Assembly: GCA_965602945.1 (NCBI GenBank)
Contig: CBFDBC010000001.1
Location: 1 to 52,936 of the forward strand
Source of the DNA: an uncultured bacterium
GTDB lineage: Bacteria; Acidobacteriota; Aminicenantia; Aminicenantales; Aminicenantaceae
Direction of reading: 5' to 3'
Length of the DNA stretch: 52,936 bases
Below the pieces are notes generated by a model. That model made no database searches and was not told the DNA's origin. It was given only the letters and a program-made list of their open reading frames with translations. This document shows positions 37,617-46,371 of the stretch, one piece after another; position 1 is the first letter of the stretch, and each line of letters opens with the position of its first letter. The position numbers and the translations under genes are program-made.

Positions 37617-39912
37617 TCTTGCGGCCCAGGAAGGAGCCCGCGTGGTTGCCGGACAGAGCGGGCTTCCCTATTTCTCGCCTCGAGGAACCCTGGACCTGAT
37701 CGGTACCGATATCGACATCAAGGTCCAAAAAAAAGACCGACTGGACAGGACCTGGGTCCTCTGGGAGGCCGGCCCCCCCGAACAAAGAGATGTCTTCCTG
37801 GGACGGATCCAGGACCGGAATATCACGCATAAGCGCAAAGTATCCCGCGGATTCCCCGGGATGAACCACTCACCCGACATGGACTTCTGTCCGGCCAACC
37901 AGCCATGGGTGACATGGGTGAGTATCCATCAGGGGCAGCACCGCCTCTGTGCTGCCGACCTCCATGCCGGGAGTCTCTGGGATCTTTCTCCGGGAAACAC
38001 ACAGCCTCTGTTTACGCCCAAGCTCCTCTTCGACGGGGAGGGACGGATCTGGGTTTTCTGGGTTGGCCCCGAAGCCGGATTCGACGAGATCCACTACCGC
38101 ACCTATCTTCCGGATCACTGGTCCCGCCCCACCTCCCTAACGCGGACGCCATCCGTCCCCCAGTTTCATCCCTCAGTGGCTCTGAGTGATAGGGGTTACC
38201 CCGCTGTCGCGTGGAGCTCTTTCGACGGGACAGACTATGAGATCTACTACACCGCCTGGACGGGGACGAACTGGCAGGTACGGGAAAATATATCCCGGAA
38301 CCATAACGCATCCGATGGCCAGCCCTCGCTGGTCTTCCTGAACGACCACCAGCCTGCTGTCGCATGGACCCGCGCCGACGCACACGGGACCGATGTCTAT
38401 CTTTCCCTTCGGGAACAGCAGGGCTGGCGGCCGGCGGCCAATGTCTCCCGGGACACGCCCCGCAGCCACTCCCCGTCTCTGGTGTCCCAACATGGGCAGC
38501 TGGCCCTCTCCTGGAAGCAGAGGGACCGCATCTTCCTGAAGCGCCTGGAGCTGCCGCTCCCCCTTGTGCCGCCGGAGACGACACCCCCCGTCCACGCGGC
38601 CTCCCTGGCCGGCCATCTGGACGAGGAAAAATTCATCGGATTCGGCGACAGCATCACATTCGGATCCATGGACGGCCCCGGAATGGGAGTGGGGTATGTC
38701 CCCCGGCTCCAGGCTCTGCTCGTGGACAACTTTTCCGATCCGCTGGTCGTCAACCGGGGGATCCCCGGAGAACCGACCTGGGAAGGGGTCAGCCGGATCA
38801 ACAGTGTCATCGCCATGGAGCTGGGCCTGTACCTGCTGCTGATGGAAGGAACCAACGACATCACCGAATTCGACTACTCTTCAGAAACCACGGAATTCAA
38901 TCTGGAACAGATGATCCTCTCATGCCGGAGTTTCGGTGTGATGCCGTTGATCTCCAGCGTCATCCCCAGGGCTCAGGACCGCTGGGTGGAACCTTACATA
39001 CAGAGGACCCTGAACCTCAACGTAAAAATTCAGGAGCTGGCCCAGCAACTTTCCGTAACCCGGGTGGACAACTATGGTGCCTTTGCGGCCTATCCTCCGG
39101 GATTGGGGGGGCATGAAGCCCTGATCTCGGGAGACAACCTTCATCCCAACGACGCCGGCTACCAGCTCATGGCCGAGACCTGGGAATCGGGCCTCCTGAG
39201 CGTCCCCTTCCCCCCGGTCGACATCCTGGCGGTGAAGAGAGATCGGAACCGCACCGTAACCCTGACATGGGAAAATAACCCGAAGATCCTCGATCCCTCC
39301 AACCTGCAGTTCTTCCGGATCTATCGTCAGGTCAGGGACATCACCGATCTGCACCCCATTGCCGTGGTTCCAGCTTCTCTGTTCAGCTACGTGGACACGA
39401 ATGTCCAGGTGGGCACGAGCTACAGGTATGCGCTGACGGCCATCAACAAACAAGGCGTGGAAAGCCAGGAGTCTCCTCCGGTCGATACCGTCCGGGGGGA
39501 GCCGTTCCCTCCCGTGAATGTAGACACGGAAACGGTTGCAAACAGCAGCTTTCTCTATCGAGAATACATCAACATCGTGGGCTGGGAGGAAAACCCCGGG
39601 AACGAGGGGCAGTTCGTGGTCACTCGATACAGGATCTACCGCAAGCTGGCGTCCGAAAGCGACGTTTTTTTCCGGGTCGTCGGAGAAGTCCCTGCGGGCC
39701 AGAGCGGACACGAATACTGGGACCGCGGCCTCCAGAACCTCGGAGAGGCCTCCCAATACGCCTACGGTGTTTCCGCCCTTGACAGCGATGGAAACGAAAG
39801 CCTGATCAGCACGGATCAGGGCCCGGCAGAGACGGGTTCCTCGACCGATACCCGAGTCCGTTCCCAGAACCGCCGCCCCTCCTCTCGTAACGGCAAGCGG
39901 TCCCTCAGGTAA
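37564..39912 (+). CDS. Secreted multidomain protein: propeller-like N-terminal region + SGNH/GDSL hydrolase + two FN3-like modules
   Basis: Signal peptide MHIKRTYILLIAVLLTIDLAAQ. Blade-like repeats such as YPAVAWSSFDGTDYEIYYTAW and QPAVAWTRADAHGTDVYLSL. SGNH blocks FGDSITFG, MEGTNDI and DNLHPND (about 38626..39190). Two FN3-like modules end ...YRYALTAINKQGVES and ...YAYGVSALDSDGNES. The start overlaps the previous gene by 53 nt. Confidence 0.75.
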   Translation: MHIKRTYILLIAVLLTIDLAAQEGARVVAGQSGLPYFSPRGTLDLIGTDIDIKVQKKDRLDRTWVLWEAGPPEQRDVFLGRIQDRNITHKRKVSRGFPGMNHSPDMDFCPANQPWVTWVSIHQGQHRLCAADLHAGSLWDLSPGNTQPLFTPKLLFDGEGRIWVFWVGPEAGFDEIHYRTYLPDHWSRPTSLTRTPSVPQFHPSVALSDRGYPAVAWSSFDGTDYEIYYTAWTGTNWQVRENISRNHNASDGQPSLVFLNDHQPAVAWTRADAHGTDVYLSLREQQGWRPAANVSRDTPRSHSPSLVSQHGQLALSWKQRDRIFLKRLELPLPLVPPETTPPVHAASLAGHLDEEKFIGFGDSITFGSMDGPGMGVGYVPRLQALLVDNFSDPLVVNRGIPGEPTWEGVSRINSVIAMELGLYLLLMEGTNDITEFDYSSETTEFNLEQMILSCRSFGVMPLISSVIPRAQDRWVEPYIQRTLNLNVKIQELAQQLSVTRVDNYGAFAAYPPGLGGHEALISGDNLHPNDAGYQLMAETWESGLLSVPFPPVDILAVKRDRNRTVTLTWENNPKILDPSNLQFFRIYRQVRDITDLHPIAVVPASLFSYVDTNVQVGTSYRYALTAINKQGVESQESPPVDTVRGEPFPPVNVDTETVANSSFLYREYINIVGWEENPGNEGQFVVTRYRIYRKLASESDVFFRVVGEVPAGQSGHEYWDRGLQNLGEASQYAYGVSALDSDGNESLISTDQGPAETGSSTDTRVRSQNRRPSSRNGKRSLR

Positions 39913-40168
39913 TCCCTCTCCTCCGAGCTCCGAAGGGCTCAAAAAGCAATTCCAAAACCATGTATATTCGTTGATTCTTAGATCAGTTGGGTAAGTTGAT
40001 AAGGAAGCCGTCCGGAGGCGAGCGGGTATGGGTTCTTCGTGTTTGTCCCAACTTGAATTTCAGGCGGTTTGGAGGTAAGATAGCAAGTCGCAGAGCGATC
40101 CCGGCGTCTTTCAGTAACACGCTGGACTTGCATGACAGCACAACAGGCGACCATATACGCTATGCCCT

Positions 40169-41575
40169 ATGAAGATTCTGCTGATTGAGCCGCCCTTCGC
40201 CCGTTTTATGGGTTTTTATCGTTACTTCTTCCCTTTCAGCCTTTCCTCACTTTCCGCGTATCTCAAGCCCCAGGGTCACCAGACACTCATCTACGATGCC
40301 GACCATGCCGGCCACCCGGTCGACATGACGTCTCAGGAGCTTCTGGACGCGTTCCCCCTTTATCTGGAGGGTTATCAGAATCCGGAGCATCCGGTCTGGC
40401 TGGAGGCCGAGGAAGTCATGAGAGAGTTCCGTCCGGATCTCATCGGCCTCACCTATCTATCCACCAAGAAAGGCGCCGTAGAGGTCCTGACCCGGATAGC
40501 CAAACGCCTGTTTCCCGGCGTGCCGGTGGTTCTGGGCGGATCGCATGCTTCGTTCCTGCCTGAGTCATCGCTGGAACAGACCGGGGCCGACTTCGTGGTG
40601 ATCGGAGAGGGAGAAGAAACTCTCTCGGAGCTCATCCGCCATATCGAAACCGGTGACACTGACTATTCGAATATCCCCGGGCTGGCATTTCGGCACCCGT
40701 CCGGATCCATCGCCAAGACCGCACCCCGGCCGTTGATTAACGACCTTGACTCGCTGCCCATCCCGGACAGGGAATCGCTTCACCGCCTGGACAGCTACCG
40801 CAGCGACGATATGGGCATGATCATGACCAGCCGGGGCTGCCCTTTCAGCTGCACCTTCTGCTCCAGCCTTTGGGGACAGCGTGTCCGTCATCGCTCCATA
40901 CCCAACATCCTCTCCGAGATCCGGTACCTGCATGAGCGTTTCGGGACCCGGAACATCTACTTCAAGGACGACACCTTCACAGCCGATCGCAACTGGGTTC
41001 TTGCCTTCTGTGAGGCTCTCAAGAAGATGAACCTCCCTATCAGCTGGGAATGCCTCACCCGTATCGAGCTGGTGAGCGAGGACCTGGTCCTGCGCATGCG
41101 CGAGGCCGGGATGTTCAACCTCAAGATCGGCATCGAAACCGGAAGCGAGCGTCTCCTGCGCGCCACAAACAAAAAGATCTCCCTCGATCAGATCAAGCGG
41201 GGGGCCGCGGTCCTCAACCGGATGGGACAGAAGTGGTCCGCCTTTTTCATGCTGGGCTACCCGGACGAGACCGAGGAGGAGATCAGGATGAGCTGGCAGC
41301 TGATCGAAGAGATCCGGCCCACCTACGTTTCCATGAGCATTCTGGCACCCTATCCCGGCTGCTCCACCTATTACGAGCTGCTCGACAGCGGGGAGTTGGG
41401 AGAGGACACAGACTGGAACCTGTATGATCCCTTCAGCCTGAACGCCAACGCCAGCCAGGTCATAGCCCCGGAGCGCTTCCGGGAACTGGCCAAACAGACC
41501 ATGGCCTTGGTTGATGCATACAATTTAAATTCCCGGCAGGATTCACCCGGAATCAACAAAATCGAAAAAGAATGA
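40169..41575 (+). CDS. Cobalamin-binding-domain radical SAM protein (paralogue D)
   Basis: MKILLIEPP, VIGEGEETL, DLDSLPIPDRESL, SRGCPFSCTFC and GIETGSE...GYPDETEEEI. Confidence 0.88.
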   Translation: MKILLIEPPFARFMGFYRYFFPFSLSSLSAYLKPQGHQTLIYDADHAGHPVDMTSQELLDAFPLYLEGYQNPEHPVWLEAEEVMREFRPDLIGLTYLSTKKGAVEVLTRIAKRLFPGVPVVLGGSHASFLPESSLEQTGADFVVIGEGEETLSELIRHIETGDTDYSNIPGLAFRHPSGSIAKTAPRPLINDLDSLPIPDRESLHRLDSYRSDDMGMIMTSRGCPFSCTFCSSLWGQRVRHRSIPNILSEIRYLHERFGTRNIYFKDDTFTADRNWVLAFCEALKKMNLPISWECLTRIELVSEDLVLRMREAGMFNLKIGIETGSERLLRATNKKISLDQIKRGAAVLNRMGQKWSAFFMLGYPDETEEEIRMSWQLIEEIRPTYVSMSILAPYPGCSTYYELLDSGELGEDTDWNLYDPFSLNANASQVIAPERFRELAKQTMALVDAYNLNSRQDSPGINKIEKE

Positions 41576-41582
41576 GGTCAAA

Positions 41583-42575
41583 ATGAGCAAAGGGCCCAAC
41601 GGCAAGCGTGTACTGGTGACCGGAGGCGCCGGTTACATAGGAAGCATCCTGGTCGATCGGCTGTTGAACGACGGCTACAAGGTCATCATCCTGGATAAAC
41701 TGATGTTCGGCGTGGAACCGCTCAAACACTTCCTCAAGGATCCCAATCCCAACCTGGCGGTCATTGTCGGGGATATACAGAACGAAGATGACGTGAAGCG
41801 TTCGTTGGAGGATGCGGATGCGGTCATCCACCTGGCGGCCATCGTGGGAGACCCCGCCTGCGCCGCCGACTCGGATCTGGCCGTCAACGTGAATTTCAAC
41901 GCCACCGTCCGGCTCGCGGACCTGTGCAAAAGAAGTAAGATCAGGCGCTTTGTCTTCGCCTCGACCTGCAGTGTCTATGGAGCCGGGAGGACCGAAACTC
42001 TGGATGAGGATGCGGTGGTCAACCCGGTCTCTCTGTACGCCGAGACCCGGCTCTACGGAGAGAGGGGCATCCTCTCTCTGGCTGATAAGACATTCTCACC
42101 CGTGCTGCTCAGGCTGGGAACCATCTTCGGTCTGTCTCCGCGCATGCGGTTCGATATCATCATCAACTATCTGACGCAGAAGGCCATGCTGGAAAAGAAG
42201 ATCTCCATTTTTGGCGGGGACCAGTGGCGGCCGCTCCTGCATGTGGCGGATGCGGCCCGGGCTTTTCAGGTGGCCATGGAAAGCCCCCTGGAAAAGGTCG
42301 ACAAACAGATCTTTAACGTGGGGCTGGCTAACCTCCAGATCAAAGAAATCGGCGACATCATCCAGAAGAACATCCCTGAGGCGGAGGTACTGACCCTGGA
42401 CAAGTTCGACGACAAGAGGAGTTATAATGTCTCTTTCGAGAAGATGCGGACCATCCTGGAATTCAAGGCGGAACGCTCCATTGAAAACGGCATTAGAGAG
42501 ATCGTCGAGGCGCTGAAAAGCGGAGTGATCTCCAACCCCACGGACAAGATCTACTACAACCATTACGCCTGTTGA
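41583..42575 (+). CDS. Extended SDR NAD-dependent epimerase/dehydratase with YxxxR in place of YxxxK
   Basis: VLVTGGAGYIGS and FASTCSVYG. The catalytic-tetrad position reads YAETR (TAC 42036-42038 ... CGG 42048-42050). Confidence 0.85.
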   Translation: MSKGPNGKRVLVTGGAGYIGSILVDRLLNDGYKVIILDKLMFGVEPLKHFLKDPNPNLAVIVGDIQNEDDVKRSLEDADAVIHLAAIVGDPACAADSDLAVNVNFNATVRLADLCKRSKIRRFVFASTCSVYGAGRTETLDEDAVVNPVSLYAETRLYGERGILSLADKTFSPVLLRLGTIFGLSPRMRFDIIINYLTQKAMLEKKISIFGGDQWRPLLHVADAARAFQVAMESPLEKVDKQIFNVGLANLQIKEIGDIIQKNIPEAEVLTLDKFDDKRSYNVSFEKMRTILEFKAERSIENGIREIVEALKSGVISNPTDKIYYNHYAC

Positions 42576-42577
42576 AC

Positions 42578-43726
42578 ATGCGAAAATCCTACCTTAAGTT
42601 CTCCTTTCCCCATATCACGCAGGTCGAGATCGACGCTGTGGTCAGAGTCTTGAAATCCGGATGGCTGACATCCGGAGAACAGGCTGGCCTGTTCGAAGAG
42701 GGGATGGCGGCCTACACGCAGGCCCGGCATGCGGTGGCGGTGTCATCGGGGACCGCGGCCCTGTTTCTCTCCCTTCTGGTCGAGGGTGTCCAGCCGGGTG
42801 ACGAGGTGATAACGACGCCTTTCACGTTTGTCTCCACTGCCAACGTCATCCACCACCTGGGAGCCAGGCCGGTCTTTGTGGACATCGAGGAAGACACCTA
42901 CAACATCGATCCCGAGCGGATCGAACGGGCCATTTCCCCGAAAACCAGGGCCATACTTCCCGTGCATTACTCGGGACAGCCCTGCGACATGCGGCGCATC
43001 ATGGCGATCGCCCGCCGCCATAAGCTCCGGGTCGTGGAAGATGCCGCCCACGCCCTGGGTGCCGTATACTCGGGCAAAATGGTGGGCGGCCTGGGCAACC
43101 TGACCTGTTTCAGCCTGTTTCCCACCAAGAACATCACCACGGGGGAAGGCGGGGTCATCACCCTGAACAACTCTGACAAGGCGCAGCGGTTGAGGCGGCT
43201 GCGCCTGCACGGAATGAGCAAGGACGGCTGGAAACGGTACAAGAAAGAAGGATCCTGGTACTATGAGATCCACGAACCGGGCTACAAATACAATCTCTCG
43301 GACATAAACGCGGCTCTGGGTGTGGCTCAGCTGGGCAAGATCGAGGCATTGAACGACAAAAGGACGCGGCTGGCACTCTCCTATCAGAAGAAACTCGGGA
43401 GGATCCCCGGGATCAAGACGCTCGCTCTCAAGCCGGGGATAAAAAGCTCCTGGCACATCTTTCCCATCCATGTGGATGCGGATGTCCTGGGGATCGACCG
43501 CAACCGGCTGGTCAAGGAGCTCTACCTCAGGAATATCGGCACCAGTGTCCACTTCATCCCCTGCCACCTGCAGCCCTTTTATCAGGAGCAATACGGGTAT
43601 AAAAGAGGAGATTTCCCCACTACAGAGAGAGTCTACTCCGGGATCGTCTCACTGCCGCTTTTCCCCGGGATGATCCAGAACGATATCAACGATGTGGTAG
43701 CCGCTATTCAAGATTCGATCCCGTGA
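42578..43726 (+). CDS. DegT/DnrJ/EryC1/StrS-family PLP-dependent sugar aminotransferase
   Basis: LTSGEQAGLFEE, EDAAHALGA and the PLP lysine motif SLFPTKNITTGEGG. ATG 42578 is preferred over the TTG at 42572 used by the track. Confidence 0.9.
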   Translation: MRKSYLKFSFPHITQVEIDAVVRVLKSGWLTSGEQAGLFEEGMAAYTQARHAVAVSSGTAALFLSLLVEGVQPGDEVITTPFTFVSTANVIHHLGARPVFVDIEEDTYNIDPERIERAISPKTRAILPVHYSGQPCDMRRIMAIARRHKLRVVEDAAHALGAVYSGKMVGGLGNLTCFSLFPTKNITTGEGGVITLNNSDKAQRLRRLRLHGMSKDGWKRYKKEGSWYYEIHEPGYKYNLSDINAALGVAQLGKIEALNDKRTRLALSYQKKLGRIPGIKTLALKPGIKSSWHIFPIHVDADVLGIDRNRLVKELYLRNIGTSVHFIPCHLQPFYQEQYGYKRGDFPTTERVYSGIVSLPLFPGMIQNDINDVVAAIQDSIP

Positions 43727-43809
43727 TATCACCCCGGATTTCACCCCTGACGATGATTGACAGAAAACGGGTTCGATAGCTAAAGTAAAGAAGAAAGAGG
43801 AATGGAAAC

Positions 43810-46323
43810 ATGAAAACTGCAAAATACCTCATGCTTTTGAGCTTGATCATCACTCTTGGACTTCCCGGCCTGCTTCCCGGCCAGGGACAGATAAATATCT
43901 CCAACACCGCCAAGCAGTCGGAGCTGCCGGCCGTGATCGCGCGGCCCAACGGTGAGATCATGGTGGTCTGGAGCGAAGGGGACCACTTCAACGCCAATGC
44001 GGTCATCCACTTCAGAGTGTACAAACCGGGCTCGGGCTGGACACCGAACCAGGTCGCCGTTCCCAGGCGATTTTCCTCGGCCTTTCCCCAGCTGGCGGTG
44101 GACAGCGCCGGCAATGTGCACATGACCTACATGGACGGCGCCTCCTCCTACCACAGGGAGATATTCTACGCGAAATACGTCAACGGAAACTGGACGACCC
44201 CCGAGATGATATTCGAGAGCCCACAGCTCAACTCCACCTGGCCCCGGATCGATGTGGAGGGCAACAGGATCTACATCCTCTGGTGCCACAACTACACCCC
44301 CCCCAAGGACGAGATCCGGCAGAGGATGGACATCTATCTCCAGGAAAAGACCGACGGAGGCTCCTGGCCCAGCACGCCCCAAAATGTATCCCATACGTCC
44401 GGGGGGGTCTCGGTGCACTGCTGGCTGGACGTGAGACAAGGGAATGTCTATGCGGCCTGGATGGACGACTCCCACAATCAAGCCAACTGGAACATCTATT
44501 ACAACGAGCGCATAAACGGCTATTGGGGAAATACCGTGCATGTCAGTCCCGGATGGAACCAGTACACCCCCTGCGTGGAGGCGGACGGCTCCGGCAAGGT
44601 CCATTTGATCTACTCCAACAAGGGGAACCCGGTCTGGTATCACAGCAAGTCGGGAGGAGCCTGGTCGGGGCCCAAAGAGATCAACACGGCCAGGACATCC
44701 TACGCCAGCATGCTGTACATGAAATACAGCCACGGTATGCTCCATGGAGTCTGGCGCCAGCGGGACAGCGACGGCGATTGCATGTACTTCGCCAACGGGA
44801 CGACCGGAGGGCAGTGGAACGAACCCATCAAGGTCTCACATGGGGGAGCATCCGAATACCCCGGGCTGGCTGTGGGCAAAGACGGCAAGGTCCACATCGT
44901 GTGGAGCGATACAGGAAAAGGCGGAAACCGGGACATCTTCTATGTGCGGGTCGATCAGGTCACCAGCTTCCCCGTGGCCAGCTTCACCGCCCAGCCCACC
45001 CAGGGAAATCCTCCGCTGCAGGTGAGCTTCGATGCCTCGGCATCCTATGACCCCGACGGGAGCATCGTCAGCTACCAGTGGGATTTCGGAGATGGAAACA
45101 AGTCGAACGGCATTCAGTATGTACACACCTACACAAAACTTGGCACCCACATCGCCACCCTGACGGTGGTGGATGACGAGAAGCAGAGCTCTACCGGCTC
45201 CCAACAGATCGTGGTGGGAACTCCCCCGGTGGCCCAATTTACCGCAAACCCCTCTTCAGGCCCCTCCCCCCTGAACGTCAAATTCGATGCGTCCGCCTCC
45301 TCAGACCCGGACGGAACCATCGTATCCTACAGCTGGATCTTCGGAGACGGCACCAGCGGAACAGGTAAACAGGTCTCACACACCTATACCAACAACGTCA
45401 ACCGCATCGCGTCCCTGACCGTCAAGGACAATCACGGACTGACCGCCACCGCCTCGACGGAGATCAAGGTCTCCAAGGGACCGGCCGCCACCTTCAAGGT
45501 GAAACCCAAACAGGGCCCCGCACCGCTGACCGTGAAATTCGACGCCTCCAAGTCCAAGCCGTCCAACCGGCAGACGGGGAGGATCGTGAGTTACGAATGG
45601 GACTTCGATGACGGTTCCAAGGCCTATGGGGCCAAAGTCTCCCACAAGTTTAACAAGGCCGGACTGTATTCGGTCACCATGGAGATCACCGACAACCTGG
45701 GCGCCAAGGATTCCTCCGTTGTGGACATCATCGCCTATTCCAAGCCCTCGGCCTCCTTCACCGCCTCGACGACGGAAGGAGTCACTCCCTTAAAGATCGA
45801 TTTCAATGCGTCGGGTTCTTACGACGAAGACGGGAAGATCACTTCCTATAAATGGACCTTCGGCGACGGCACCAGCGGCACGGGCAAGATCGTATCCCAC
45901 ACCTACACCAAAGGCGGGAACCCGATGGTCACGCTGACGGTCCAGGATAACCACGGCTGGACGGACTCGGCCTCCAAAACCCTGAAGATCATCGAAAGGC
46001 CCTACCCCCCGCACAACCTGAGCGTCAAGAAGATCGCCCAGCGGGGCCCCTTCTTCTCGAATTACCTTAACATCCTGGAATGGAAGGATAGCGGCAAGAA
46101 CAGGGGCAAGATCAAGACCGTCAAGTTCCTGATCTTCAGGAAGGACAAGTCGTCACCCCAGGGATTTGTCTATCAAGCGACGGTCGATGCCAACACATTG
46201 ATCTATGAAGATGTAACCGTGACCAGCGCGGAGGATCAGAACAATTATATGTACGGCATCCGAGCCGTGGATGCCGCCGGCCGGGAGAGCGATATGCGAA
46301 CCATCGATCCCGGCAATCAGTAA
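43810..46323 (+). CDS. Secreted protein: degenerate BNR/sialidase-like propeller + four PKD domains + FN3-like C-terminal module
   Basis: Signal peptide MKTAKYLMLLSLIITLGLPGLLPG. Blade motifs include FPQLAVDSAGNVHMTYMDG, NWNIYY and GLAVGKDGKVHIVWSD. Four units carry the pattern PL.V.FDAS.S.DPDG.IVSY.WDFGDG. The tail module ends YMYGIRAVDAAGRES. Confidence 0.8.
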   Translation: MKTAKYLMLLSLIITLGLPGLLPGQGQINISNTAKQSELPAVIARPNGEIMVVWSEGDHFNANAVIHFRVYKPGSGWTPNQVAVPRRFSSAFPQLAVDSAGNVHMTYMDGASSYHREIFYAKYVNGNWTTPEMIFESPQLNSTWPRIDVEGNRIYILWCHNYTPPKDEIRQRMDIYLQEKTDGGSWPSTPQNVSHTSGGVSVHCWLDVRQGNVYAAWMDDSHNQANWNIYYNERINGYWGNTVHVSPGWNQYTPCVEADGSGKVHLIYSNKGNPVWYHSKSGGAWSGPKEINTARTSYASMLYMKYSHGMLHGVWRQRDSDGDCMYFANGTTGGQWNEPIKVSHGGASEYPGLAVGKDGKVHIVWSDTGKGGNRDIFYVRVDQVTSFPVASFTAQPTQGNPPLQVSFDASASYDPDGSIVSYQWDFGDGNKSNGIQYVHTYTKLGTHIATLTVVDDEKQSSTGSQQIVVGTPPVAQFTANPSSGPSPLNVKFDASASSDPDGTIVSYSWIFGDGTSGTGKQVSHTYTNNVNRIASLTVKDNHGLTATASTEIKVSKGPAATFKVKPKQGPAPLTVKFDASKSKPSNRQTGRIVSYEWDFDDGSKAYGAKVSHKFNKAGLYSVTMEITDNLGAKDSSVVDIIAYSKPSASFTASTTEGVTPLKIDFNASGSYDEDGKITSYKWTFGDGTSGTGKIVSHTYTKGGNPMVTLTVQDNHGWTDSASKTLKIIERPYPPHNLSVKKIAQRGPFFSNYLNILEWKDSGKNRGKIKTVKFLIFRKDKSSPQGFVYQATVDANTLIYEDVTVTSAEDQNNYMYGIRAVDAAGRESDMRTIDPGNQ
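44974..45993 (+). repeat. Four tandem PKD-domain coding repeats (about 255 bp each)
   Basis: The WDFGDG/WIFGDG/WDFDDG/WTFGDG cores recur with 85-aa periodicity. Confidence 0.85.
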
Positions 46324-46371
46324 GCAGAAGCCCGGCGGCAGGCCATTCAGATCCCGAAGTCCGGACGATCC

